Below are positions 41,795-57,541 of a stretch of DNA of 64,000 bases, piece after piece. The stretch is taken from positions 50,840,001 through 50,904,000 of the forward strand of contig OX597826.1 of assembly GCA_951406725.2 (NCBI GenBank), given 5' to 3'. The DNA comes from Octopus vulgaris (lineage: Eukaryota). The position numbers were made by a program, and so were the translations under genes. Position 1 is the first letter of the stretch. Each line of letters starts with the position of its first letter. A model generated the notes under the pieces. The model did not search any database. It worked only from the letters and a program-made list of their open reading frames with translations, and was not told the origin of the DNA.

Positions 41795-44667
41795 TTCAAC
41801 CTATGTTAAGTGAAGCCGACAATGCTCCTGGGCAAACTATGTTTTGCGTAAGTCCAGTGTTGGCAGAATAAATATAAAAGTCACCTGCACTAGTAACTCG
41901 AGAGCATGCGACATATAGTTGTCCTTGAGAAGAGCAGGGAATTTTTAATTGAGACCGACAATTTTGACCCTGGGCTTTGTTGATTGTCATAGTGAAGCAC
42001 AATTGCACTGGGAACTGGAGGTGCTTGAATTAAAATGGCACATTTGAGGGAATAAGCGGCATGCGTGGAATGTATGTGATCTCTCCTCGATGGCAGCTGA
42101 CAATAATGGTGACTTCTAGGACATGACTTATCATTGTAGTTACAGTCAATCTTGCACCATTGCATAGTCGTGGTGGGTCTAAATTCCTCAAGCGCATGTA
42201 GGTGCACCTTTCTTAGGAACAACTTATGCGGTGGAAGTCATGTGGGTTGTAGAGAGTTGAGAAATTCAACTTGGATATTTAACAGCGGCATGTTCGTCGA
42301 TGGTAGTATCAATGGAGACAAACGTTGAAGCATCTCCAAGTAGAATGTCGAGGAGTTTATGGTTTACTTTATCAACACTTTCATTCTAAGGTGCTAAAAT
42401 AGCTTGCTCTGCGAACCATGCTACGTTTTTGAAGTTGTCTTGAAATGTGGGAAATACCTTTTCTTTAAGCATGTGTCCATATTGCAGTACATGCTATTGC
42501 AGGGTGTTATTCAACGGCAAGGTGCCATTTCCAATTTGTAGATGTTGATGAAAGAATTCCTCAGCTAAGGGGTCGTTGTAGAGATGAGCTCGCATATTGT
42601 TGCTTAATGAAAGCTGACGAGCAAACCTCCACAGAGGTAAAAATTCCAGACATACATAGATGTCGTCAGCTCGTGTACTCCGTGGTATAACTGGCAATAT
42701 TTGACGGAAATCCCCTGTGAGGACAACAATTAAGCTCCTACCCCCAATAATAGCAGTATTGTTTCTAATATCCCTTAGCGATCTATCTAGGGTTTCTAAT
42801 GCACCACGGTGTGCCATCGTGCAGTTATACCAGACAATGAGCATAATTTGGAGCAGAACTTCTGCCATCGGGGATTGTTTTGAAATAATGCACATTTGGG
42901 CATCGCTGAAGTGAGTTTTCTTGGGCAAGAATAGAGGCAGTTTTCTTTGCGGCCCTTGTTTATGGAGATAAATTAGAATGTGTTCGTTTTGGTGGCATGG
43001 CTGAAAAGAGCGAATGATTAAGGAACATATAAGATAGAGGACATAGCAGTTTGAAGATGTGCATTGGATAATTTCATTTTTTGGTAACGAATGAAAAGAT
43101 GTGGAAAAATTCATGTCAATTTGTATACCATTATTATGAGAAGGAGCGGTAAACTCTGAATGATTTGGCTGTTTGGTATTGATAAGCGTAATGCATTCTG
43201 TTAGCTGATATATAGTGGAATGGATTACTGACTTAATGGAAGTTATTGTTTGTCCAGAAGTGAAGCGTTGGGGAGGTGCAATTTGCATGAAAGTTATTTA
43301 TGTTCTTAAGAAGGATCATAAACTATGTATTGTTTCATCGAATAAAAAGGGGTTAATATGATTTTGCCCTGAAATCACGTTTTCAAAATTATAATTTCAT
43401 CCCTCCCCACTGAAATTTCCTAATTTTAAACTGTTTTTCGAATTTTGTTTTTTATCCACGTGGAAAAATACAGAGATTACGAATGTGGGAAATATAATTT
43501 GTTTTTGGAAGTCACCCATCAGCTACCTGCTTTCGAGTGAAATGAGGAACGAAATAAGGGTGGGGGGTACGCAAATGTCATCTCGGACATGCTAGAAACA
43601 ACAGGTAAAGAACAGGATTTCTGAGATAACTTCATTGTAAGTTTAAATGGAAGATCAGGTTTTGAAATACGTTCATCTCTAACAGGAACGACAGAAAGGG
43701 AAAAAGTAATTTCCATAAGATTTGAGCAGCAATTTAGCGCACAGCGAAAAATAACATAAGGAAGTTATTTTTGCATACCTTTCTTAATTCCAAAAGAACG
43801 AAATGTAGTGAAGTTGTAATATTTTGACAGCATAAAGTATCCGTATATTATAATGAGATTTTGAAAGAGAGATAATGTCTAATTCTGCGCACGCGTGGAA
43901 CATAGGACGAAAGTGAAAATGACCTGAAAATAATGACCCGATCTCGTTTGTGGGGTTCTCAGCGTCTCCTTCTTTCCCGCTTTCCCCCTGTCTTTGTATC
44001 GGCCTTCTTTCATGTAGAACATACACACAGTATCAACTTTCTGTCGGCTTTCTTTCACTTTCAAATATAGAACACACATAGGGTATGAAACACCAGCATT
44101 TCTCTCTCACCCGCTATCCCTGTCTTTCATCTTCTATAGAAACCTGTTTTCTGTTTCTGTTTCTATTTTCTTGTCTTTTTTTCATTCTGTGTTTCTCTCA
44201 TTCTTTTCGTAAAAAAATTATTTGTTTATGCTTTGAAGAGAGAAGAAATTTAAAGAAAAGAGAAAGCGAAAAGTGGAAATGAGAAAGTGAAAGATGTATG
44301 TATGTGTATATGAATGTGTGTGTGTGTGTGTAGGTGCGTGTGCGTGCGAGAAAGAAAGAGAGAGAGATAGAGTGAATGAGTGAAGGTTTGTGTCGTGATG
44401 ATAGATGTCTTTAAAGATGCACATTCATATAGAAAATGTGATATCATAGCCGTCGTCATCGTATAAAAAGTTTCCGATAGTTGACTTATGGAAAAGATTA
44501 TGTTAAATTTTTGTAATACAAATATATGAATGAAAATGAAATTTAGTTGGTAGTGGAAATAGTACTGAATCTTTTGATATCCTATACGTCAAAAATAATC
44601 GGTTTTGGAATAAGGAACATACTCGCGCGCACAGACACACATACAAACTCTCTTTTATAGATATAGA
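41795..44667 (-). mobile_element. Internally deleted Helitron with PIF1-like helicase pseudogene (about 41800-42930)
   Basis: LDRSLRDIRN, VVLTGDFRQILPVIP, LSNNMR, EFLNSL, CFTMTINKAQGQ, GQLYVACSRV; MPPKR-type start near 42998; putative 5' TC end at 44667. Linkage of that end to the helicase is inferred. Confidence 0.8.
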
Positions 44668-44941
44668 TATACGGATTCAAAGAATCAAACAGATCTTACA
44701 GCTCTCTGTCGAGCGCATGGCTTACAAGAATGACCGTAACTGAGTTAGGATAAACCTCAGCGTTGTTCTGAATCCGGGATTTATAATGGCAGAGAGAATG
44801 TATATGAATAGAACAGATTACACAAGGTGAGAGAACAGATGTTAATCCCTTTCGTTTACAGCTATTTCATAATCTTGTTTTTTATAAAATAGATATTACA
44901 TCAACATTCGCACGTACATAAGAGACGCAGACGCGCGCATA

Positions 44942-45454
44942 TCTATATATATAAAACTGTAGTTGTGTGAGTGTCTGTCTCCTACGATTTAGATTCCTAA
45001 CTCCTCCCACATTTTGCGGTGCAGTTTAACCAAATTCGGGTATCTTATAGTCGTGATTCATATCGAGCCCGTCTGAGTATTAGCGCGCGTCTACGATGAG
45101 TCTACGATTTTAAAAATAATTTAACATAATTTTTTATTCCATTTTAATGCATAATCTTTCGTGTGTCGATGGCGGCGGAGTTGGCGTCCATGGTCACACC
45201 TGCACCTGTTTGCTTCTCCCCCTTCTTCCCTCCCTCGTGAAGCTCTGGGGAAGGGAGTTTAAGGAAATCAACGTCGTAATGCGTTGTCAAGGAGACCAGC
45301 GTTCTTTTAGAACAACGACTTCATGGCTTGAAGACACCAAAACAGAAATGGCTAAGAAAGCCCGAATTGGCATCTATAAAGGAAGTAACTCTCTAAAAAT
45401 GCTTATATAGTTATTTCCCTTACAAACCCGAGCAACGCCGGGCGATACTGCTAG
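44942..45454 (+). mobile_element. Non-autonomous Helitron
   Basis: A|TCTATATATA...CCCGAGCAACGCCGGG...CTAG|T. Confidence 0.88.
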
Positions 45455-45556
45455 TACAATATAAATTACTTTGTTAAGGTTATCTCTGCAGATGTTCTAT
45501 AGAAATTACAGCCAGCACTGATTTTTGATGCTACGTTTCGTATACTAGACGTCAGA

Positions 45557-45792
45557 ATAAAGGCGGCGAGCTGGCAGAAACGTTAGTACGCCGGGCGAAA
45601 TGCATAGCCGTATTTCGTCTGCCGTTACGTTCTGAGTTCAAATTCCGCCGAGGTCGACTTTGCCTTTCATCCTTTCGGGGTCGATAAATTAAGTACCAGT
45701 TACGCACTGGGGTCTATGTAATCGACTTAATCCGTTTGTCTGTCCTTGTTTGTCCTCTCTATGTTTAGCCCCTTGTGGGTAGTAAAGAAATA
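45557..45792 (+). mobile_element. Young SINE B copy
   Basis: Full length; perfect 16-bp TSD TATACTAGACGTCAGA (45541-45556, 45793-45808). Confidence 0.93.
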
Positions 45793-46164
45793 TATACTAG
45801 ACGTCAGATGTAAACAATGAGATCGAAGACGAAAAATGGGTAATAGGCGTATATGCCTTATTTCGGGTATTTTACCTCTTCATCAGCACCCATGTATCCC
45901 ATTAGTCATCCTCGAACACATTGCTTAAATACTCACTATATATAGAGGTGTATAGCTATTGAATATACCAATTTTACATATCAAACGCATTCCTGGAAGC
46001 CGGTACGTAAATATTAAAGACTTGTAGGTATGTGGTATTTCGTTAAGCGACCGATAATATCTTATAAAGTATATTAAACGTTTTTATAAGTCAATAGCAG
46101 TGCACTTTTGCATTACTTTGTTAAGGTTGTGTCTACAGATATTTTTGTTGCTATATTTCGTATA

Positions 46165-46402
46165 AAAATAAATGCGCCCTTTTAAAGCCTAGCCAGGCTC
46201 ATGGGCCCGGTTTCTATGGCGTATGTGTTCCCCAGTTGGACGGGACGCCAGTCCAATACAGCGTTACTCGTTTTTGCCAGCTGAGTGGACTGGAGCAACG
46301 TGAAAGGAAGTGTTTTGCTCAAGAACACAACGCGTCGCCCGGTCCAGGAATCTTACGATCATAGTGCTGACACCCTAACCACTAAGCCACGCGCCTCCAC
46401 AC
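46165..46402 (-). mobile_element. SINE family C copy
   Basis: Reverse complement of the 38548 copy; 10-bp TSD ATTTCGTATA. Confidence 0.92.
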
Positions 46403-47521
46403 ATTTCGTATACGTGACGTCAGATGTAAACAAACAATGAGATCTTATTGCATAACGAAATATAACGTACCTACGAACCATTAATAGATGGAAATATATA
46501 TATATGTGCGTGCTCCCCCGTATGCACAAGTGTGCTGAGGAGTAACACGAACAGACTAACCTTCAGAACGGTAGCCCAAAACATCGAATCGTTCTGAAGA
46601 TTAGTCTGTTAGCTTTACATCGCACGGTACCTGGTCTATATGGATGTACACACGCATACATATTCATATCTATATTTTGTATACATGTGAATGTTAGTGC
46701 AGTATCTATCATATAACTAAGAAGATTATGAAACGAGTGAAATAAGAACTTACTCTCTCTCCTCACTTCTCCGCCACACACGCACGCACACAGACAGACG
46801 CCCCCCTATATATGTATGTATATATAGAAACCTATATATGTGTGCCTCAGAGGGTAACATTCTATTTGCAATCCCATGGTCATTCATGATCAAAGGAGGT
46901 CTTTACTATATGTGTGTGTATGTGTATTACACAAACACACATGCACACACACATAAATATATATATATTCAAAAATTCCAATACTGACTTAGAAGGTTCG
47001 TGGAAACTTGTTATAATCAGGTTATAAAAGGTGTTATAAAAGATGGTTGTCATATATAGAAAGAGGTAAGAAGTGACAATTGTGGAGACATCTGGGTGCT
47101 GTTAGAGCAGATGGGGTATAAACATTGAGACAAGATAATAAATCATGCAAGAGAAACAGCAGGAATTGGCTTAATTTGATTTTTAGGACTTATGGATTTC
47201 ATTGAAGTTTCAATCGTTATAATAATGGTTTCAAAATTTGGCACAAGGCCAGCAATTTCAGGAGAGAGGAGTAACTCGGTCACATCGACCTCAGAGTTCA
47301 ACTGGTACTTATTTGATCGCCCCGCAAAAGATGAAAATTGTTCTTTTTTTTTTAGTCATTGGCCTGCATACTACCATTCAAGAGGCAACTGTCCACTAAT
47401 GTTGGCCTTACTCAAAACTCCCAAAAGTAAAGTCTTCGTTTCTTCGTCTCTCGTTGTGCTCTAGAGTAGATTAAACCATTGGAAATCATCACCATCTAAA
47501 TCACAGCAGCTCCGACACAGT

Positions 47522-48570
47522 CGATTGGCAGAATCGTTAGCATAAAGGCAGCGAGCTGGCACAAACGTTAGCACGCGGGGCGAAATGCCTAGCAGTATTT
47601 TGTCTTTATGTTCTGAGTTCAAATTCCGCCGAGGTCGACTTTGCCTTTCATCCTTTCGGGGTCAATTAAATAAGTACCAGTTACGCACTGGGGTCGATAT
47701 AATCGACTTAATCCGTTTGCCTGTCGTTTTTTATCCCCTCTGTGTGTAGCACTTTGTGGGCAGTAAAGAAATAAGAATCGTTAGCATACCAAACAAAGAC
47801 TTGTCGATTGTTTGCGTTGCAAGTTCAAATCCTCTCATCCACGAGGTCAACTTAATTTTTCATTTTTAGAGAGTTGGTAAAATAATGTACCAGTCATATA
47901 CCGGGGTCGGCTTCATCGACTAACCCTCTCCTCAAATTTCTGGCCTTGTACTTATATTAGAGACACTTAGTAGAGTGACAAGTCGGTAGAAACAGCAAGG
48001 CGCCGAAATATAGGCGCTGCTGTATTGAGCTTGTTCCTTGGTAGAACCGAATTCGCCTTTCATAATTTCAGGTTTGGAAGTCTTGACGTTAATTATGGCC
48101 GTTATACACGTCCTCGAAAATGTACGACCTTATACCAATATGAAAAACCATTGTTATTACTCGCAAAGTATAAGGTGGCGAGCTGGCAGAATTGTTAGCA
48201 CGCTGGAGAAAATGCTTGGCGGTATTTCGTCTGCCGCTACGTTCTAAGTTCAAGTTCTGCCGAGGTCGACTTTGCTTTTCATCCTTTCGGGGTCGATAAA
48301 TTAAGTACCAGTTACGCACTGGGGTCGATGTAATTAACTTAATCCGTTTGTCTGTCCTTGTTTGTCCTCTCTGTGTTTAGCCCCTTGTGGGTAGTAAAGA
48401 AATAGGTATTTCTTCCGTCTTTACTTTCTAAGTACAAATTCCGCCGAGATCGATTTGCCTTTCATCCTTTCAGGTTGAAGGACTTACCAGATGAACACTG
48501 GAGTCGATGTAATACACTTGCCCCTTCCCCTCAAATTTCAGGCCTTTTGCCTATAGTAGAAGTGATTACT
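47522..48570 (+). mobile_element. SINE B copies nested in older SINE B copies
   Basis: Copy 47545-47773 has a 15-bp TSD AGAATCGTTAGCATA inside an older copy; copy 48172-48403 is joined to another partial copy. Confidence 0.85.
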
Positions 48571-48872
48571 AGCAAAGGCTTTATTCCCATCGGCTCAAGT
48601 ATTTACATTTACAAGCTACAAGAGAAAGAAACCATACAATCCGTTAAACAAAGGGAGAATGACATAATGCACACACCTAACACACTACTCAACAATTCAG
48701 TGAGGAGTAGATCAGGTTGTTTAATAATTAATAGGGAAATATGTGGAGTACGAAAGGAGTTAGCGAGAGTCTGCGTGGGCAGCTGCCACCACCACCACCA
48801 CCACCGCCCCCGACACCCCAACAACAAGAACAATTCGTAAAATAAGTTAGTGTGTACTAGCGTTTCGTGTAC

Positions 48873-49081
48873 TCTCTTTACTCTTTCACTTGTTTCAGTC
48901 ATTTGACTGTGGCCGTGCTGGAGCACCGCCTTTAGTCGAGCAAGTCGACCCCAGGACTTATTCTTTGTAAGCCTAGTACTTATTCTATCGGCCTCTTTTG
49001 CCGAACCGCTAAGTTACGGGGACGTAAACACACCAGCATCGGTTGTCAAGCGATGTTGGGGGTACAAACACAGATACACAA

Positions 49082-49158
<77 letters not shown>

Positions 49159-49301
49159 CATACGATGGGCTTCTTTCAGTTTCCGTCTACCAAATCCACT
49201 CACAAGGCTTTGGTCGGCCCGAGGCTATAGTAGAAGACACTTGACCAGGGTGCCACGCAGTGGGACTGAACCCGGAACCATGTGGTTCGTGAGCACAGCC
49301 T
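48873..49301 (-). mobile_element. SINE family A copy
   Basis: Family match; head partly deleted. Confidence 0.9.
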
Positions 49302-50022
49302 CTCCTTCCCAAAAAAATGTGTTTATTTGTTAAGTGTTCTTTTAATGGATATAAGAAATCGTCTGGATTTGAACCGTAGACCCATCGCTTCATACAATGT
49401 CGCTCCTACTGAAACAACTTGCTGTGGTTCTTTACAACAACAACAATTCTTTCTCCTATAGGCAAATGGCTTGAACTTTTGAAAGGAGTGGCTAGTTGAT
49501 TACCTCGGCCCCAGTGCTTATTTTATCGACCCCTAAAACCTTATTTTATCGACCCCTAAAACAACGAAAGGAAAAAGTTGATCCCGGAAGAAATAACTAT
49601 AAGCATTTTGTCCGACGTGCTAACCATTCTGCCTGAATAACAATAATAATGATAACAATAATAACAATAACAACAAGACAAAAAATAACTAAATCATTGT
49701 CTAACCTTTATGAATTAAATGTGTGATTTTGATTTGAAACGCATTTCTTTCGGAGAGGAACAACTTTCTCATGAATGAAAGACAATAAATGAATGATAAT
49801 GAATGACTGAATGATAATGAATGAATAGCAATGAGTGAATGAATGACAATGAATGAATGAACGAATTTTAGTCAGGACAAGTTAAGTACGTTCATGTCTC
49901 ATAGTTGATATAATTTTCACTAATAAGCACTAATTATGGGCACCGCAATGCACCGCTATTATTAACAACAACTACTAATTATGTAAAACGTTTACACAAA
50001 AGCTTGGTGTTAGATTATGGAA

Positions 50023-50131
50023 CTCGATGTCCCGGCAGTACACAAGCTAAAATTAGAACGACACCGAGAGGATTAGCATGGCCCCTATACAAGGATGACA
50101 CACAAATTCATAAAGCGGTCATTCTTATTTT
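50023..50131 (+). pseudogene. U6: U6 snRNA pseudogene
   Basis: CGGCAGTACACAAGCTAAAATTAGAACGACACCGAGAGGATTAGCATGGCCCCTATACAAGGATGACACACAAATTCATAAAGCG aligns by eye to metazoan U6; ACAGAGA box mutated to ACCGAGA. Confidence 0.92.
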
Positions 50132-50699
50132 AGGTGCAAAGGTGGTTGTGTGGTAATAAGCTTGCTTCCCAGCCACATGGTTCGGAGTTCAGCCCTACTT
50201 CGTGGCACCATGGGCAAGTGACTTCTACTATAGCCTCGGGCCGACCAAAGCCTTGTGAGTGGATTTGGTAGGCAGAAACTGAAATAAGACCGTCTAGAGC
50301 AGTGCTTTTCAAACTTTTTGCTGGAGCGGAACCCCAAGGAAACATTCCACTGGCTCGGGGAACCCCTGTGCAATAATTTAATAGTCTTATGCACACATAT
50401 CTGCACAGGAAAATTAAAAATTACTGCCGATTTTAGCAGTTTTGTAACTTCTTGCGGAACCCCTGGACTGTACTGGCGGAACCCGAAGGTTCCGCGGAAC
50501 CCTGGTTGAAAACCACTGGTTTAGAGAGACAGTTACAAGGTAAATAAATGTCTCATAAGCGCCCAAGGAATTAGTAATCACACTTGCGTGGGAGTTAATT
50601 CCGAGAACTGAGACGTGTTTTGAGGAACTTAGAAATAATGGAAAAATGGAGACAAACGCCCAAGATGTTATTTAGATAACATCTTGAGCGTTTGTCTCG

Positions 50700-50767
<68 letters not shown>

Positions 50768-51030
50768 CATCATCCATCCATCCATCCATCCATCCATCTA
50801 TATACATATATTTATATGTGTGTGTGTGTGTTTGTCCCTGCTCATCATTGCTTGACAACTGGGTTTGGTGTGTTTACGTTCCCACAAATCAGCAGTTCGG
50901 CAAAAGACACCGATAGAATAAATACCAGGCTTAAAAGGAAATAAGTACTGGGGTCAATACATTCAACTAAAAATTCTTCAAGGCGGCGCCCCAGCATGGC
51001 CGCAGTCTAATAAGTGAAACAAGCAAAAGA
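50132..51030 (+). mobile_element. Older SINE A copy split by insertions
   Basis: 5' half 50132-50293, 3' half about 50820-51030; hAT MITE, hairpin and (TATC)n lie between. Confidence 0.75.
50300..50518. mobile_element. hAT (Charlie-like) MITE
   Basis: CAGTGCTTTTCAA...TTGAAAACCACTG TIRs; 8-bp TSD GTCTAGAG/GTTTAGAG; repeated GGAACCC subterminal motifs. Confidence 0.9.
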
Positions 51031-51084
51031 CAAACCCCCCCAAAAAAACCCGCAACAAAAACTGTATACAGGTACAAAAAAACC

Positions 51085-51292
51085 TTCTCTTTACTCTTTT
51101 AGTCATTTGACTGCAACCATGCTGGAGCACCGCCTTTTAGTCGAGCAAATCGACCCAGGACTTATTCTTTGTAAGCCTAGTACTTATTCTATCGGTCTCT
51201 TTTACCGAACCGCTAAGTTACAGGGACGTAAACACACCAGCATCGGTTGTCAAGCGGTGTTGTAGGGACAAACCCAGACATACAAACACACA

Positions 51293-51360
<68 letters not shown>

Positions 51361-51532
51361 TATATACGATGGGCTTCTTTCAGTTTCCGTCTACCAAATC
51401 CACTGACAAGGCGTTGGTCGGCCCGAGGCTATAGTAGAAGACACTTGCCCATGGTGCCACGCAGTGGGACTGAACCCGGAACCATGTGCTTGGTAAGCAA
51501 GCTACTTACCACACAGCCACTCCTGCGCCTAT
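51085..51532 (-). mobile_element. SINE family A copy
   Basis: Full-length family match. Confidence 0.9.
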
Positions 51533-52926
51533 ATTTTACATGATTATTAATTATGATTTTAGACAAATAAAAAAAGTGTGTTCATATCGCTAATGTTTTA
51601 CCATTTGTTTATAGTTACCATTGTTGTCTCTACTGGTGCATAACGAGTGTCAATAACGGTGAATCTAGGATAGTATTTTGCCGCATCATAGATTTAATGC
51701 CAAGTTGATTTTGGTTTTAGAAGTCCTTCGTTGAAATGTTTGCGGTCACTCGCAACCAGGTATGGACCTGGTGGCTTGTATCACGCTTTAGCTACCTGTT
51801 TTTGGTAGTTTATGTTGCTGTGAGCAGATATTGATATCCCCTTAGTGCTTACCGCCCTCGAACCGGGGAAACAGGAAAGAAGTGACAGCTGGTGAGAGCG
51901 AGAGTTGTACCAACAGTTAACTTAGTATTCAATTCTCAGGAGAGTAGACTGGAGTAACGTAGAATGAAGCGTCGCTTGTCCAAAGAACCGAACCCACGGC
52001 CTTATGACCATGTGCCGAATACTAGCCACTTAGCCACGCTTCTTCTTTGTTTAAAAAGAAAGAAAATTTAAACACATTTTCCAGAAGCTAAAAGTTTTCA
52101 CCTATGTGTGGGTGTAGCATAAAATACTGTCCATCTTCGACGACTTTCACTATGTTACAAGCTTTAAGGTCAGGTTTTCGGATTAGGGATCGCTTCCTTT
52201 CTTCCTCTTACCAATCTACATATAGGGCCTCGAAAGCTAGGGGCTCTGACCAAGGTGTAAATATAATTCTAGTTATGAGTGTAAAGACTGGGAGTAGCCC
52301 CTTAAGTTAAGGCTAAGTTAAGGCCAGGGTCTCTCTTCATCTAAATCCAGCATTGCCTTTTCCTTATACATAAGAGTGACAAACCATACATTAATATCTA
52401 TATGTTGTGACTAATTAATTCAAAATAAAACGCAAAATATTTGTTTTATATATTTTCTTATTGTCATTTGACTTTATTTCAATAAATTGTTTACAAAATT
52501 CCTAAGATGCTCCGTAACAGCTGTACTTACAGTTACAACTAATCTATAAATTTTATTCCTTCCAAGCACTAATAACCTTACAAAGATAATTATCTAAATC
52601 GGTGTATGACGTCCGTCGCTGCCCTGCACGCCTTCAATGAACAGCCTTAAGTGTTTCATAGTTACATACATTCATACACACCTACACGTTACCTACAGCT
52701 CCTCGCCTACACACGTGTATTAATCTTGATGATTAACTAGCTTGACAAAATGCCAAATGCCAAAAGGCTGTGAATGGTTGAATACAAAACACGGAATTCT
52801 TCAAAGGGATATATATAAAGTTAATTAGTGCAGCCAGTATGTATGTATATAAATAAATAGATAGATAGACACACGCCTGTATGTATGTATGTATGTATGT
52901 GTTTGTGTGTTGTTTAACTAATATAC

Positions 52927-53948
<1,022 letters not shown>

Positions 53949-54508
53949 TTGTATACGTGCGTAAATACGCATATACAGATACAGATATATATATATCCTA
54001 ATTACATACAAGATAATATAAAGTTTTCGTCATAGAGGTTTAGTTGGTTAAACAACAAAAATACAAAACAACAACAAAAACTATTGCAACAAACAAACAA
54101 AAGGCAAACAATGGTTTATGCAAACAACTCACAGTCATATAAATGAATAGGAGCCAGAACTTCTGAAGTGAAGATTTTACAAAACAAAAACATTTCACGA
54201 GCCTTAATTGAAAGTCACCGTGAATTAAGATACAAAGAATTATGGTGTCCAAATTCTTTTTTATTTCCTTCAAAAGAAAGCAACGTTGATTAAAATTTGA
54301 TAAATACCATCATTTGAACCAACAGCTGGCAAAAATACAATTTATATCACTCATAGGAACAATTAGTGTGGGGGTGCTTGGGGGCCTTTGGGGGGTGGGT
54401 GGGATTTGATAAACAAAGAACGGAAATACTAGACATAATAATGGTAATTAATTCCAGTCAGTAGCCACAATAAGGGTACAACAGACATTATAAAGTGTTA
54501 TCATGTAC

Positions 54509-55833
<1,325 letters not shown>

Positions 55834-56081
55834 AAGTATTCAGATAGAATCGGATACTTGAAAAGATATGCACCAGGTAGGGTTGGATAAACCTGTGGTC
55901 CCTGTTTATGGTTGATAAATATCAAATCTGGATATTCCAGTTGAGTACACAAAGAAAACCAACCCTATGAGTATTTAGCACCTAGGGGGCTGATCCAAAA
56001 CACGCGTTATGTTGATTGTACGTTGTTGGTATACTTTAGTGTGTCCGATATGTCGTAAATCCGTATGGTGTATTATAATCA

Positions 56082-56425
56082 AATGGATAATAACATACGA
56101 TGGATAATTGTCAGCTCATTACAGCCGTTTCTTACGCATTTTTTAAAATAGAAGAATGAGAACATTACTTCATTGTAAAAAAAACCGTAATCATCAGATG
56201 ACACCATTTCAAAAACAAATGAAATTTTATAGTAAGCCTCGAAAGACTTCAGCCACGTCCATGTGTATTCTTTGGATATTCTTTTGTTTTTGAAATTATG
56301 TTTCATCTGATGATTATGGTTTTTTTTTTTTACAAAGAAAAATGTTCTCATTCTTCTATTTATTAAAAAATGCGTAAGAACAGCTTTAACGAACTGACAG
56401 TTATCTATCGTCTGTTATTATTCAT
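56082..56425. repeat. Foldback element, about 140-bp imperfect arms
   Basis: e.g. AATAGAAGAATGAGAACATT / AATGTTCTCATTCTTCTATT and TAATCATCAGATGA / TCATCTGATGATTA. Confidence 0.85.
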
Positions 56426-56426
56426 C

Positions 56427-56760
56427 TGGCGCATGGCTCAGTGGTTAGAGCGTCGAGCTTACGATCGTGAGGTTGTGAGCTCGAATCCCGGTCCGGGCTG
56501 CGTGTTGTGTTCTTGAGCAAGACACTTTATTTCACGTTGCTCCAGTTCACTCAGCTGTAGAAATGAGTTGCGACGTCACTGGTGCCAAGCTGTATCGACC
56601 TTTGTCTTTCCCTTGGATAACACTGGTGACGTGGAGAGGGGAGGCTGGTATGCATGGGCGACTGCTGGTCTTCCATAAACAACCTTGCCCGGACTTGTGT
56701 CTAGGAGGGTAACTTTCTAGGTGCAATCCCATGGTCATTCATGACCGAAGGGGGTCTTTT
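56427..56760 (+). mobile_element. SINE with family C head and core but a different tail
   Basis: tRNA-like head and TGTGTTCTTGAGCAAGACACTT core shared with 38548; the tail also occurs alone at about 46840-46905. Confidence 0.85.
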
Positions 56761-56764
56761 ATAT

Positions 56765-57008
56765 ATATAATTAAAAAATAGGATAAAAATCTCCATAAGA
56801 ATTTATCAAGTAGTTAGCGTGAAAAACCTCATAAGAAAAAAATTCATCAATTTTTTCACTTAAATATATTTATTTATATTATATAGAAGGCATTATTAAA
56901 TAAATATATTTAAGTGAAAATATTGATGGATTTTTTCTCTTATGAGGTTTTTCACGCTCACTACTTGATAAATTCTTATGAAGATTTTATCCTATTTTTA
57001 AATTGTAT
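56765..57008. repeat. TA-flanked foldback, about 110-bp arms
   Basis: CATAAGAATTTATCAAGTAG...GCGTGAAAAACCTCATAAG versus its reverse complement at about 56938-56980. Confidence 0.88.
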
Positions 57009-57458
57009 ACACATACACACACAATTGGTTCCGGCTGAGTGGTCATAAGTCGATTTGGTCGTCAATCGGCCTATAGGCCTCCATAGCTTTGTTTTATATT
57101 TTTATATTCTTAAGGTACATTCTCAGGCAAAAGTCACACACATCTTTCTGTATTATACTATTATACTGGCGTTAGTAAAAAAATTCGGAGTCTCAAGCTT
57201 TCGTCTTATAAACAAATACGAGGTTGCATCGATGTCTCCGCGATAGGATAGTCATCCAGCACAGTGGCGATCGATAACCAAACCTAGGGGGAGCGTTTGC
57301 TTGCTGACATAATCTGTAGACAGGTTAATTTCTAAGAAATTAAACCCATTAGATTTCAACTGGATCATTTATTATTGCTGCCGGGAGCTGGCGTGCCATT
57401 CGTCGTAAAGTCGATCGGTCGTAAGTCGATTAGATTGTAAGTCGACGTCGACCTGCGC

Positions 57459-57515
<57 letters not shown>

Positions 57516-57541
57516 TGTGTTTGTGTGTGTGTATGTGTATA

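Noticed and set aside
42494-43288. 264-aa ORF as a host PIF1 gene
   Set aside because: Only the C-terminal half is helicase-like; motif I is missing, DE is mutated, downstream frames are broken, and the context is Helitron.
56427-56500. tRNA gene
   Set aside because: Continues directly into SINE core and tail; acceptor stem not intact.
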